Positions 30,224 through 39,193 of a stretch of DNA of 64,000 nucleotides are shown one piece after another. The translations under genes were made by a program, and so were the position numbers. The notes under the pieces were generated by a model. It ran no database searches, was not told the DNA's origin, and was given only the letters and a program-made list of their open reading frames with translations. The stretch is from Hormoscilla sp. (GTDB lineage Bacteria; Cyanobacteriota; Cyanobacteriia; Cyanobacteriales; Desertifilaceae): the NCBI GenBank assembly GCA_051439505.1, contig JBFRWI010000100.1:1-64000 (forward strand), read 5' to 3'. Within the stretch, counting starts at the first letter, position 1. Each line of letters starts with the position of its first letter.

Positions 30224-30388
30224 AGAACCTGGTCCTTCTTGCGAAAGATTGGCTACCCGACTGGACAACCTGCGGATCCCGATGTTGCTTATGAAGTATG
30301 GAACAATGCTCACACAGCAACTCTTGAGGATTATCGATTAAAAGAAGGTCCTGGTGTTTTATTCCATCCAAGTGTGGAGGACTATTAA
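30224..30388 (+). pseudogene. Start-less C-terminal fragment, possibly a toxin tail
   Basis: 55-codon frame …EVWNNAHTATLEDY… whose TAA overlaps the next ATG (TAATG). Confidence 0.45.
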
Positions 30389-30837
30389 TGGAAGACTCAA
30401 TCAAATTAACTAAACTTGAATTAGTCCTGCTCGAATTAGTCGATAAGGGTGAGGGAAATTGGAGTTGGTATGAACTAGCAAATGCCCTTTCACGTCGAGA
30501 CGTGCCCAGAGAACCTGACATGATGGTAGTATTAAAGAAGTTGGCTGCTGATGGTTTACTGAAAAGAACTGTGCAACCAGGGTCGCCTCGCGATCGCTAT
30601 TCATTGACAATCGCCGGTACGATCGTATTGCGGTCAGGTAAAAAGAGCGATCGCATTATGATGTCTGACCCTCAAGATAAATTGTCAGATCGGAAGGTGA
30701 AACTGAAGCAGTTACAAGAGTGGGCGCGGGCACAGATCGATCGGACGGCTAAACCAGAAGTTAGACCGGATATTGGCATGACAGTTTTGCAGTTAATTGA
30801 TGAACTAGAACAGGAGGGTCTGGTTAATTCATTATAG
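30388..30837 (+). CDS. Hypothetical winged-helix-like protein (possible immunity protein)
   Basis: GGAGG RBS; LLELV…WSWYELANAL…LAADGLL…RYSLT.AG pattern. Confidence 0.65.
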   Translation: MEDSIKLTKLELVLLELVDKGEGNWSWYELANALSRRDVPREPDMMVVLKKLAADGLLKRTVQPGSPRDRYSLTIAGTIVLRSGKKSDRIMMSDPQDKLSDRKVKLKQLQEWARAQIDRTAKPEVRPDIGMTVLQLIDELEQEGLVNSL

Positions 30838-31040
30838 TTAAAATATCAGCTTTCCGGTACGGTAATTTCTTCAGGAGCCCACGATCGAAGAATGGGCGAT
30901 CGCCTGCTGTGGAGGTGGGGCGGTATCACCGGTGGCAAGATAATGGGCGATCGCCCCATCCACAGGCGATCGCCTGTGGCCCTTGGAAACAAACGTAAAT
31001 CTCCAAGTCTCCATGACTAACTGCAAATTGGAGCAGGGTT

Positions 31041-31223
31041 CTACCCCATATGCTGCACGGATTTTTTAGACTGTTGAGCGGGAGTCAGTGTCACAAACTT
31101 CCTGCCACTTTCCGCCTGTTGTCTTCGCCAATCTTCACAGATGGCTTTCATATCATAATTAAAAGACTTGGCATGTTCTTCACGAATTCGATGAAGTTCT
31201 TCTAAAATTTCATCTTGCCACAT
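31041..31223 (-). CDS. Small protein downstream of PIN gene (putative antitoxin), copy 2
   Basis: MWQDEILEELHRIREEHAKSFNYD. Confidence 0.75.
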   Translation of the reverse strand: MWQDEILEELHRIREEHAKSFNYDMKAICEDWRRQQAESGRKFVTLTPAQQSKKSVQHMG

Positions 31224-31226
31224 AGT

Positions 31227-31700
31227 TTATTCTCCCATCAGTTCATAAGGCGTACAGATTATGGGCAGATTGCATCCAAAATCTCCAGAAATCTCCCGCA
31301 GCTTTCTTTGAAGCTGGGCATTGGCAATATGCTTGCAATTCCAGGTTAACAGGTAATCGATCTGGCTGACTGTAGCCAATGCAATATGAATGGCATCATC
31401 AGAAGCTTTGTCGGGAAGATTGCTTCGCAACATAAACTGTGAGGCTAATTCTTCGACAGCTTCAGTCACTTCCAGCAATGGCAAGCCACTTATCGCTTTC
31501 AGCCGACGCGCAGCCATTTCTGGATCTCCTCGGGCTGCCTCTGTCATAACGACTTGTGACACGTATAGGCTAAAAGCGCTTCGACGCAACTCCCACCAAT
31601 CTTTTGTCAATGCAATATTGCTGGCAACAATCGCGTTTTTGGTCGCTCTGGCTGTAAGATAACCTAGAATACTGGTTTCGATATAGACGGTTTCACTCAT
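31227..31700 (-). CDS. PIN-domain (VapC-like) protein, copy 2
   Basis: MSETVYIETS, DAIH, LLTWNCKHIAN. Confidence 0.88.
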   Translation of the reverse strand: MSETVYIETSILGYLTARATKNAIVASNIALTKDWWELRRSAFSLYVSQVVMTEAARGDPEMAARRLKAISGLPLLEVTEAVEELASQFMLRSNLPDKASDDAIHIALATVSQIDYLLTWNCKHIANAQLQRKLREISGDFGCNLPIICTPYELMGE

Positions 31701-32138
31701 TGGAGGACAGACTGTAGATTTTTTCATTATAAATTAAATATCGCTTGTCCGTCCAATACAGCGATGGGTTTGTTGGCTGTCGGTTAGATAGGTAGGGGCT
31801 CACTGGTTGAGGTGGCGCGATCGCACCTGTTGCAAGATGATAGGCGATCGCCCGTGGGAGGGGCGATCGCACCGGTGACAATATAATGCGATCGCCTGCT
31901 GTGTGGGTGGGGCGATCGCCCATTTGTAAAGCATTAAAATTTAATCAAAGGTAGGGGCACGGCCTCAGCTAATTGTCGGGTCAATATGTCAATTGTCTCC
32001 TGCCGTGCCCCGGATGTGGGTTGTATTCAATTTTTACTGCCACAGAAGCGCGATCGCCTGCTGTGTAGTAGGCCGCTCGCTCCTGCTAATGTTATCAAAA
32101 CTATTCTTTTTCAAAACCTATCTTTATCGAAAAGAAAG

Positions 32139-32321
32139 CTAGGAATTTTTATCATTTTCTTTAACAGCAGATTTCTCAATCATATAGACCGACATCCCAA
32201 CCAGAGTGCCAATTATTATTGGCGTTACTGGGTTTCCATTCGTCAAGACAAATCCAGCTATCGCACCAATACTGACAGATGCTATAAATCCTCGTGACAA
32301 ACCTTTAGGGTTATTTTTCAT
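32139..32321 (-). CDS. Small two-helix membrane protein with GxxxG motifs
   Basis: 60 aa, GAIAG and GTLVG hydrophobic segments. Confidence 0.6.
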   Translation of the reverse strand: MKNNPKGLSRGFIASVSIGAIAGFVLTNGNPVTPIIIGTLVGMSVYMIEKSAVKENDKNS

Positions 32322-32344
32322 ATTGCAAATTCAATTCAACAATA

Positions 32345-32445
32345 GGGAGCATCTCACTTTTGTAATCTAGCCCGCGCAGGCGGGCTTTGTTCGAGTAGCC
32401 GGGCCCTTTAGGGTTCGGGCGGCGACGAAAATATGAGATGCAGCC
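32345..32445. mobile_element. MITE (GGGAGCATCTCA…TGAGATGCAGCCC) enclosing a REP
   Basis: Terminal IRs; relative at 54668-54834. Confidence 0.6.
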
Positions 32446-32819
32446 CAACAATATCTTGTCAAAACCTGATATCTACCTTTCCAATAATCGATCGAGTTTA
32501 ATGGGTTAAGCTCTGGGCTCTGGGGTGTTGATTATGTATATTTTTTGACTCCACCATCTACCCACTTCGGGAGCAAGTTGAAAGCGATAGCCATATAATC
32601 GATACGCAGAGGGCGATCTATGCTTTGACATACCATCACAAAAATAGCATGATTTATTCTGTAATACCACCCCACAAAGTCAACACCCCAGTGAATATCC
32701 CATGGTTGCCTGTGCTAACTGATGACCTGTCCTACTGGATGCATCTCACTTTTGCTGCGGCTATATTCACCAGTAGCCCAGAAAGCAGGTTTTTCAAAAA
32801 AACCTGCTTTCTTAATTCT

Positions 32820-33068
32820 CTATTGATACGTTCCCTGTGATACGTTATAAATTGTGCGAGCGTGAGTGCTAACTGCGCCTGCCGGATCGCACATAACAGT
32901 ATTAACAATTGTTGCAGCAGCATAACCAGCCAAACTACTAGCCACAGTCCTTGCTGTCTCTTTAACTGCTGGGCTCGCATCCCAGCTTTCACAAGCCTTA
33001 TACGTCAAGCCAGCAGCAGCGCCACTAGCGAGAGCTTCAGCTAACCTTGCAGGAACCTCAGAGTGCAT
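32820..33068 (-). CDS. Small Ala/Gly-rich hypothetical protein
   Basis: GGAG RBS, 82 aa, two small-residue helices. Confidence 0.6.
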   Translation of the reverse strand: MHSEVPARLAEALASGAAAGLTYKACESWDASPAVKETARTVASSLAGYAAATIVNTVMCDPAGAVSTHARTIYNVSQGTYQ

Positions 33069-33228
33069 AATGAAAATAACTCCTTAATCGCGGTACAACT
33101 TTTGTCTGTCAAGTCCTGCTATTGATTGCAATAAGCTTGACTTTTATTCATCCTAGCCATTAAATTTTCCTTTGAGCCGCCTAAAAAGTTGGATCTTTGT
33201 TGGGACTTTTTCCGTTAATTACCAGCTC

Positions 33229-33294
33229 AAATGTTGGGAAATGTTGCTAAATGCTGGGAAATGCTGGAAAATATTGGGAAATGTTGGGTATAAT
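33229..33294 (+). promoter_or_regulatory. Six 10-bp direct repeats (AAATGYTGGG) abutting a TATAAT box
   Basis: 33229-33288 repeats; TATAAT 33289-33294. Confidence 0.65.
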
Positions 33295-33455
33295 ACAACT
33301 TATATCTTGCATCTTTCCCAATACTCCGCCGGTGGTTGCCAACATACTCCGCCGGTGGTAACCACTGGATCATAGCTATCGATGACAATATGTTAGGCTT
33401 ATTGACAATACTGCAAGATCTCAGATAAAAGCAACCTTGACATCTACCCGACTTT

Positions 33456-34862
33456 ATGGACCTTGACGAAGTGTTAAAACTTGCAGACGATCTAGTCTTT
33501 GCCAGAACCGGGAACCACCTCAATGACTTGCAAGAGATAATTCTGCGCGGGACGTGGTCAAAGGAAAGCTACGATAAAATTGCTAAGAAGGTCAACCTAT
33601 CTGAACCTCGCGTCAGAGAGGTAGGAATGGAATTATGGCAGATCCTTTCACAGAAATTGGGGGAAAAAGTTAAGAAATCAAACTTTAGAACGGTAATAAA
33701 GAGGCTACAAAAATCAAAGGTTTTAACCTTTGAACAAGAGGTTGTAGTAAGCGGTAGCTTCAATATTTGTGGAGAAACTAGACATCCGCCAGATATCCCC
33801 AACTCGCACCCAGACGATCGGGAAACCTCTAACGTCAAACAACCTCAAACTCAATATCGAGATTTAAGCGAAATGCCCGACTTGGGTGCTTTCTACGATC
33901 GCGCCTCGGAACTAGCGACCCTAAGAAGCTGGATTTTAGAACAAAGGTGCCGCCTGATAGCACTCACCGGAATGAGTGGCATCGGCAAAACCGCCTTAGC
34001 AGTGCAGCTGGTGCAACAAATCAAAGATGAGTTTGAGTACGTAGTCTGGTACAATCTCGAAACATTCCCCACCCCAGATAAATTTCAAGCACGTCTGATA
34101 AAGCTTTTCACCCAGTCAGAAAATCCCGATACATCTGCCACTAACCAGAAAAGCTTACCGCCGATCGAGTACTTGCAAAAGCATCGCTGCTTAGTCGTAT
34201 TGGATGACATTCACAACCTGTTCTGTAGCGGCGAATTGGCAGGCAAATATCAACCAGAATCCTCGGAATATCGCGCCCTATTCAAACAGATAGAAAAATT
34301 ATCCCATCAAAGTTGCTTTCTGCTCGTCGGTTGGGAGCAACCCAGAGAATTTCCGCCAGTTAAAAGTAAAAATCAGACCATTCGGACCTTACAACTGCGG
34401 GGTTTGTCCGCCGCCGATGCCGAGAAAATCCTCAAAGATAATGGCATAGAAGAAATCAAAAAATGCTCCGCACTCATGCACCATTACCAAGGCAACCCCT
34501 TATGGTCAAAAAGCGTGGCAACTCTCATGGTTGAGTTGGGAGGAGGCGTGACAGAGTTATTACCAGATGAGACGATATTGATAAGCGCAGATTTGCAAGA
34601 TATTTTCCAGCAGCAGTTCGATCGCCTATCGGCACTAGAAAAGCAAGTTATCTCATTAATAGCCCGATCGGGGGAGGCAGTCAAGCTCGCCAAATTGCTG
34701 GAAAATAGCATAATTCCACCTTCAGAGTTACTAAACGCCCTGCAATCTTTATCTCGGCGCTGCTTAATAGAACAGGAAGCTTCTTTGTACAAGCTGATAC
34801 CAGTAGTGAGGCAGTATGTGATATCTTCGATGCAGGATATCTCGCTCCCAGATTCATCCTAA
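33456..34862 (+). CDS. HTH + NB-ARC (STAND) ATPase without C-terminal repeat sensor
   Basis: HLNDLQEIILRG…LWQILS..LGEKV.KSNF HTH, GMSGIGKT Walker A, LVVLDD Walker B, GNPLW. Confidence 0.87.
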   Translation: MDLDEVLKLADDLVFARTGNHLNDLQEIILRGTWSKESYDKIAKKVNLSEPRVREVGMELWQILSQKLGEKVKKSNFRTVIKRLQKSKVLTFEQEVVVSGSFNICGETRHPPDIPNSHPDDRETSNVKQPQTQYRDLSEMPDLGAFYDRASELATLRSWILEQRCRLIALTGMSGIGKTALAVQLVQQIKDEFEYVVWYNLETFPTPDKFQARLIKLFTQSENPDTSATNQKSLPPIEYLQKHRCLVVLDDIHNLFCSGELAGKYQPESSEYRALFKQIEKLSHQSCFLLVGWEQPREFPPVKSKNQTIRTLQLRGLSAADAEKILKDNGIEEIKKCSALMHHYQGNPLWSKSVATLMVELGGGVTELLPDETILISADLQDIFQQQFDRLSALEKQVISLIARSGEAVKLAKLLENSIIPPSELLNALQSLSRRCLIEQEASLYKLIPVVRQYVISSMQDISLPDSS

Positions 34863-35058
34863 AACCGGGTCACAAGTAGTTGATAGCCAACAGACAAGAA
34901 ACCGGGTTTCTTCGATCAATTTGGGGGCAAAAAGCAGCCATTTCCATAGAAACCCGGTTTCTGAACCCCCACGCGAGGTCTCCCCGTACCAACGGTTTTT
35001 GACCACACCCCCTAAAATCGGATGCCTATTCTCAAGAAGCAGAGTAAATATAGAGATA

Positions 35059-35262
35059 TATTGAATATTTATCCGGGCGCGATCGGGTTGGGGGTTGGGT
35101 TTCGTACCTCAACCCAACCTACGAATTATTGAATATTTACCCGGGCGCGATCGGGTTGGGGGTTGGGTTTCGTACCTCAACCCAACCTACGAATTATTGA
35201 ATATTTACCCGGGCGCGATCGGGTTGGGGGTTGGGTTTCGTGCCTCAACCCAACCTACGAAT
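35059..35262. repeat. Three tandem 68-bp units containing a GGTTGGG…CCCAACCTAC REP
   Basis: Near-perfect tandem repeat. Confidence 0.92.
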
Positions 35263-35267
35263 TAAAG

Positions 35268-35459
35268 TCAAGTTTGCGGTAGATTTTCCGGTGCGGGAAT
35301 TGCCTCGGGAGGTATCCAGATAACTCGACCATCCCGCCATACAGCTATAGGATTACCTGCTTGTTTGTGTTGCCAGAGTGCTTTTTCGACTGCCTGTTTC
35401 AACGCTAAATCTATCAAGGCTCCATCGGCAAAAATTTGAGCAATGTCCTTTTCCTTCAT
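35268..35459 (-). CDS. Small partner protein of zeta-like ATPase (putative antitoxin)
   Basis: AVEKALWQHKQAGNPIAVWRDGRVIWI. Confidence 0.75.
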   Translation of the reverse strand: MKEKDIAQIFADGALIDLALKQAVEKALWQHKQAGNPIAVWRDGRVIWIPPEAIPAPENLPQT

Positions 35460-35476
35460 TTCATGAATCCTCCTAA

Positions 35477-36085
35477 TTATATCGCGATACTTTCCCAGAT
35501 TTCATTATCGGATATATTCTCTTCAAAATTACCTCTACCAGATGCAATTAATCGAGGACTTCGGGAATCTAAATTTTCATATAAACGCCAGGTATCTGCT
35601 AAGGGGCGGTACAGTTGAAAAAAGTTCTTAAGTCCGGCATGATAGCGACGCCGAATAGTTGTTTCTGGTACGTCATGTCCGCCTTGCCTTACTCTTCCTT
35701 GCACCCGCGCGATCGCGAGTTCTGGGTTTTGCAACCACAAGAACACCAGCTGAAACAGATAACCGCTTGACCGTAAGTTGGCGATCCAAGGGGCAAAACT
35801 GCGGGTCGCTAAAGTTGTTTCAAAGGCAAAATTTACCCTTTCTTCTGCCAATTGTTGCAAGCGTTCTAGCATAATGCGTCCGGCGCGAAACGCGACTCTC
35901 TCTGGCGCAAATGCTGATAACCCTCGGGCGATCACGTCGGCATTAACGAATTCAGTAATTCCCAGGGTTTCTGGGAGCAAAGCAGGGGCCGCTGTCGATT
36001 TCCCAGCGCCATTTGGTCCGGCAATAAAATTATATGTGGCATAATTTATTCTATCCTCGTTCCCAGTCTCTGGCTGGGAATGCAC
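35477..36085 (-). CDS. Zeta-toxin-like P-loop ATPase, native start apparently frameshifted
   Basis: IAGPNGAGKST, VNADVIA, FETTL, RVRQGGHDVP; likely native ATG 36042 is out of frame. Confidence 0.75.
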   Translation of the reverse strand: MHSQPETGNEDRINYATYNFIAGPNGAGKSTAAPALLPETLGITEFVNADVIARGLSAFAPERVAFRAGRIMLERLQQLAEERVNFAFETTLATRSFAPWIANLRSSGYLFQLVFLWLQNPELAIARVQGRVRQGGHDVPETTIRRRYHAGLKNFFQLYRPLADTWRLYENLDSRSPRLIASGRGNFEENISDNEIWESIAI

Positions 36086-36175
36086 CTTGGGAGGCTCTGC
36101 CTCCAGTGAAAGACAGCGGGCCCACTTGGAGGCAGAGCCTCGGGAGTACGTTCCCAGGCGGAGCCCGGGAACGAG
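36056..36175. repeat. REP-like element CTCGTTCCC…GGGAACGAG
   Basis: Terminal IR plus internal GAGGCTCTGCCTCC/GGAGGCAGAGCCTC; half copy at 59057-59105. Confidence 0.75.
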
Positions 36176-36250
36176 TTAAAATGCTTCCAGTGGGTTTTAA
36201 CCCACTTAAGCTGTTAGCCGGGGGTTTGAACCCCCGGCGGGCTGACTTTA

Positions 36251-38410
36251 TTATTGATCGTGTAACCGCATGGATAAGCTGATGCGCTTTAATTTCTCAT
36301 TCACTTCTAAGACCCGCACCTTGACCACCTGTCCCACCTTGACTATCTGCTTGGGGTCTTTAACAAAGCGGTCAGCTAATTTGGAAATATGCACTAAACC
36401 ATCCTGATGGACGCCGATATCTACAAATGCGCCAAAGTTGGCGACGTTAGTCACTATTCCTTCTAATTCCATTCCTGGTTTCAGGTCGGTGATTTCCTTA
36501 ATTCCCTCCTTAAATGTAGCATATTTGAACTCGGCACGGGGATCTCTTCCCGGTTTTTCCAGTTCCTTGATGATATCTTGCAGGGTTGGCAAACCTACTC
36601 GGTCCGAGACGTACTGCTTGAGGTCGATCGCCTTGACTCGATCGCCTGCTTGAGTTATCCCTGTTAAGGGAATCTCCAGACTAGATGCGATCGCCTGTAC
36701 GACCCCATAGCTTTCCGGATGCACCGCCGTATTATCCAAGGGGTTATCCCCACCGCGAATGCGCAAAAAACCTGCCGCCTGTTCAAATGCTTTCGGTCCC
36801 AGTTTTGATACCTTCAGCAGTTGCTGGCGATTTTTGAAGGCCCCATTATTATTGCGATAGGTAACAATATTCTTGGCCACGGTGGGGGTCACCCCAGAGA
36901 CAAAGGTCAGCAGTTCTTTGGAGGCGGTATTTAAATCTACCCCGACATAATTTACGCAGCTTTCTACCGTTTCTTCTAGCTTCTGCTTCAGCAACTTGCG
37001 ATCGACATCATGCTGGTATTGTCCCACACCAATGGACTTGGGATCGATCTTCACTAACTCCGCTAAGGGATCTTGCAAGCGCCGTCCGATACTGATGGCC
37101 CCCCTTACCGTTACGTCCAGGTCCGGAAATTCGGCGATCGCCACTTCGCTAGCTGAATAAACGGACGCACCCGATTCGTTTACCATTACTTTAATCGGTT
37201 TGCTTGCCAATGTGGCCAAAACTTCCGAGATGAACTCGTCTGTCTCCCGGGAAGCAGTGCCATTCCCGATCGCGATTAATTCTATTTTATACTTGGCGAT
37301 GAGATGGGCGATCGCCTGACGGGCCTGAGTACGCTGCTTTCCACTCTGGTGGGGGAATACCGCTTGATATTCCAAAAATTTCCCCGTCTCGTCCAGGACC
37401 GCTACCTTACAACCGGTTCGGAAACCAGGATCGATCGCCAATGTGGGTTTCATCCCCGCTGGCGGCGAAAGCAGTAATTCTCGCAAATTCGCAGCAAAGG
37501 TTTTAATTGATTCTACCTCAGCATAGGCTTTTTTCTCCGATCGCACTTGGTTTGTCAGAGAAGGTTTCAGCAGTCGCTGGAAAGCATCCTTCAGCATCCC
37601 CTGGTAAAGCGATCGCACTGCCGGTACTTTGGTATGAATTTCCGCCGACTCCAGGTAAGAGATCGCGAAGTCATCATTGCATGAGAGTTCAAACTTCAAG
37701 ACTTTCTCCGTCTCACCCCGCAGTAATGCTAGCAGATTATGGGGCGCAATATCCTTTACGTTAATCTGGAAATTGCGGTACATTTCAAACTTAGTGCTAC
37801 CTGGGGGATGATCGTCTTTAATGCGGGAGGAAAATACCCCTTCATCCAGCAGGTACTCTCGCAGGTAGGCCCGTAACTCCGCTTTTTCCGAGACCTCTTC
37901 TGCTAGAATATCAGCTGCACCTGCTAGTGCATCCTCTGCCGAGAGGATCTCCTTTTCCGCAGAAATATATTTTGCTGCTTCTGACTCCAAGGACAGGGGT
38001 TTGGCCTGAGGATGGTTCAGAGATTTGATGAATTCTGCTAGGGGTTGGAGACCTTTTTCCCTGGCAATGGTGGCCCGGGTCCGTCGCTTGGGTTTATAAG
38101 GTAGGTAGAGGTCTTCCAATTCCGTTTTCTGCAAGCAGGATTCTATTTTCGCTTTTAATGTTTCAGTCAGTTTCCCTTGAGATGCGATCGCCTCCAATAT
38201 GGTCGCCTTGCGTTCTTCCAGTTCCTGCAGATAGGTAAAGCGATCGGCAAGATCGCGCAACTGTATTTCGTCCAGAGAACCAGTCCGTTCTTTGCGGTAA
38301 CGGGCTATAAAAGGAATTGTTGCTCCCTCACTCAACAATGTCAGGGCATTATTTACCTGAGAGAGACTGATGTCAAGTTCTTGCGCTATGGTTTGAGGAA
38401 TGTTCAGCAT
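36251..38410 (-). CDS. tex: Tex RNA-binding transcriptional accessory protein
   Basis: PFIARYRKE, IDPGFRTGCK, GNGTASRET, IGVGQYQHD, C-terminal S1. Confidence 0.96.
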   Translation of the reverse strand: MLNIPQTIAQELDISLSQVNNALTLLSEGATIPFIARYRKERTGSLDEIQLRDLADRFTYLQELEERKATILEAIASQGKLTETLKAKIESCLQKTELEDLYLPYKPKRRTRATIAREKGLQPLAEFIKSLNHPQAKPLSLESEAAKYISAEKEILSAEDALAGAADILAEEVSEKAELRAYLREYLLDEGVFSSRIKDDHPPGSTKFEMYRNFQINVKDIAPHNLLALLRGETEKVLKFELSCNDDFAISYLESAEIHTKVPAVRSLYQGMLKDAFQRLLKPSLTNQVRSEKKAYAEVESIKTFAANLRELLLSPPAGMKPTLAIDPGFRTGCKVAVLDETGKFLEYQAVFPHQSGKQRTQARQAIAHLIAKYKIELIAIGNGTASRETDEFISEVLATLASKPIKVMVNESGASVYSASEVAIAEFPDLDVTVRGAISIGRRLQDPLAELVKIDPKSIGVGQYQHDVDRKLLKQKLEETVESCVNYVGVDLNTASKELLTFVSGVTPTVAKNIVTYRNNNGAFKNRQQLLKVSKLGPKAFEQAAGFLRIRGGDNPLDNTAVHPESYGVVQAIASSLEIPLTGITQAGDRVKAIDLKQYVSDRVGLPTLQDIIKELEKPGRDPRAEFKYATFKEGIKEITDLKPGMELEGIVTNVANFGAFVDIGVHQDGLVHISKLADRFVKDPKQIVKVGQVVKVRVLEVNEKLKRISLSMRLHDQ

Positions 38411-38580
38411 CTGATGCTATTGATAATATGATCGCCTACCTTCCATTATACTACATAATCGCGGGGTGGGCGAAGCAAATGGAATCGGACATTTGTAAAT
38501 TCCTGACTTATCTTGTCGCCCAAATGCTTCGCCCCTACAGATATATATGCAAATATGAATTGTCGCTAATTTATGATTGA

Positions 38581-38964
38581 TTACTCTCCTGAAAGAACGT
38601 AGAGATCGACATCGATTTCGGCATTGAGTTTATTCACCCGATCGATAATCATTTTATCAAAATGAATTGCCAGTACTTGTCCATTCACATAGATGACGCA
38701 ATCAATTTCAGCGTCATGCTGAGTACAGAGTTCTGCCAAAGGCCCCCACCCCGGTTGAAGTTTTTCTAGCACATATTTAACGTGGTCTTCTAGTTCGGCA
38801 GACTTTTCCAACTGAGACTTCAGACTCCAACCATTTTGCTGGTGACGTATAGTCCCCTTTGGATGAATTAATTCACCCATTCTCCAAGTTTCGCTGGGAA
38901 TTATCCCCACTTTCTCAGTAATTTCTTCCGGATCGAATTCTCCAGTCAAGGTGAAAGATGCCAA
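38581..38964 (-). CDS. DUF4279 family protein (immunity-like), possible nonsense mutation at codon 4
   Basis: FDPEEIT..GI.P…W.L.S…EIDVDLY; upstream ATG 38979 reads MES*IL. Confidence 0.7.
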   Translation of the reverse strand: MASFTLTGEFDPEEITEKVGIIPSETWRMGELIHPKGTIRHQQNGWSLKSQLEKSAELEDHVKYVLEKLQPGWGPLAELCTQHDAEIDCVIYVNGQVLAIHFDKMIIDRVNKLNAEIDVDLYVLSGE

Positions 38965-39193
38965 AATTTACGATTCCATCTTATACCGTTTTGGGAAAAT
39001 AGTGCTACAATTCACATTAGATTTATTATTTTCCAGAATAAGAGTTTATTTGTGTGGGTTAAGTGTAGCAAATTTTTAATAGGTCTTGTGCGGTTGGTTA
39101 CAATTAGGCTAAATCACCTACAAAAAACCGATTATTAATAAAAAACTGCTACACTTAATAATCGTTATCTTATCCAGTCGGTTTTAACCGACT

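Noticed and set aside
35059..35262. CRISPR-like three-unit array
   Set aside because: Whole 68-bp units are near-identical, so this is a tandem REP duplication
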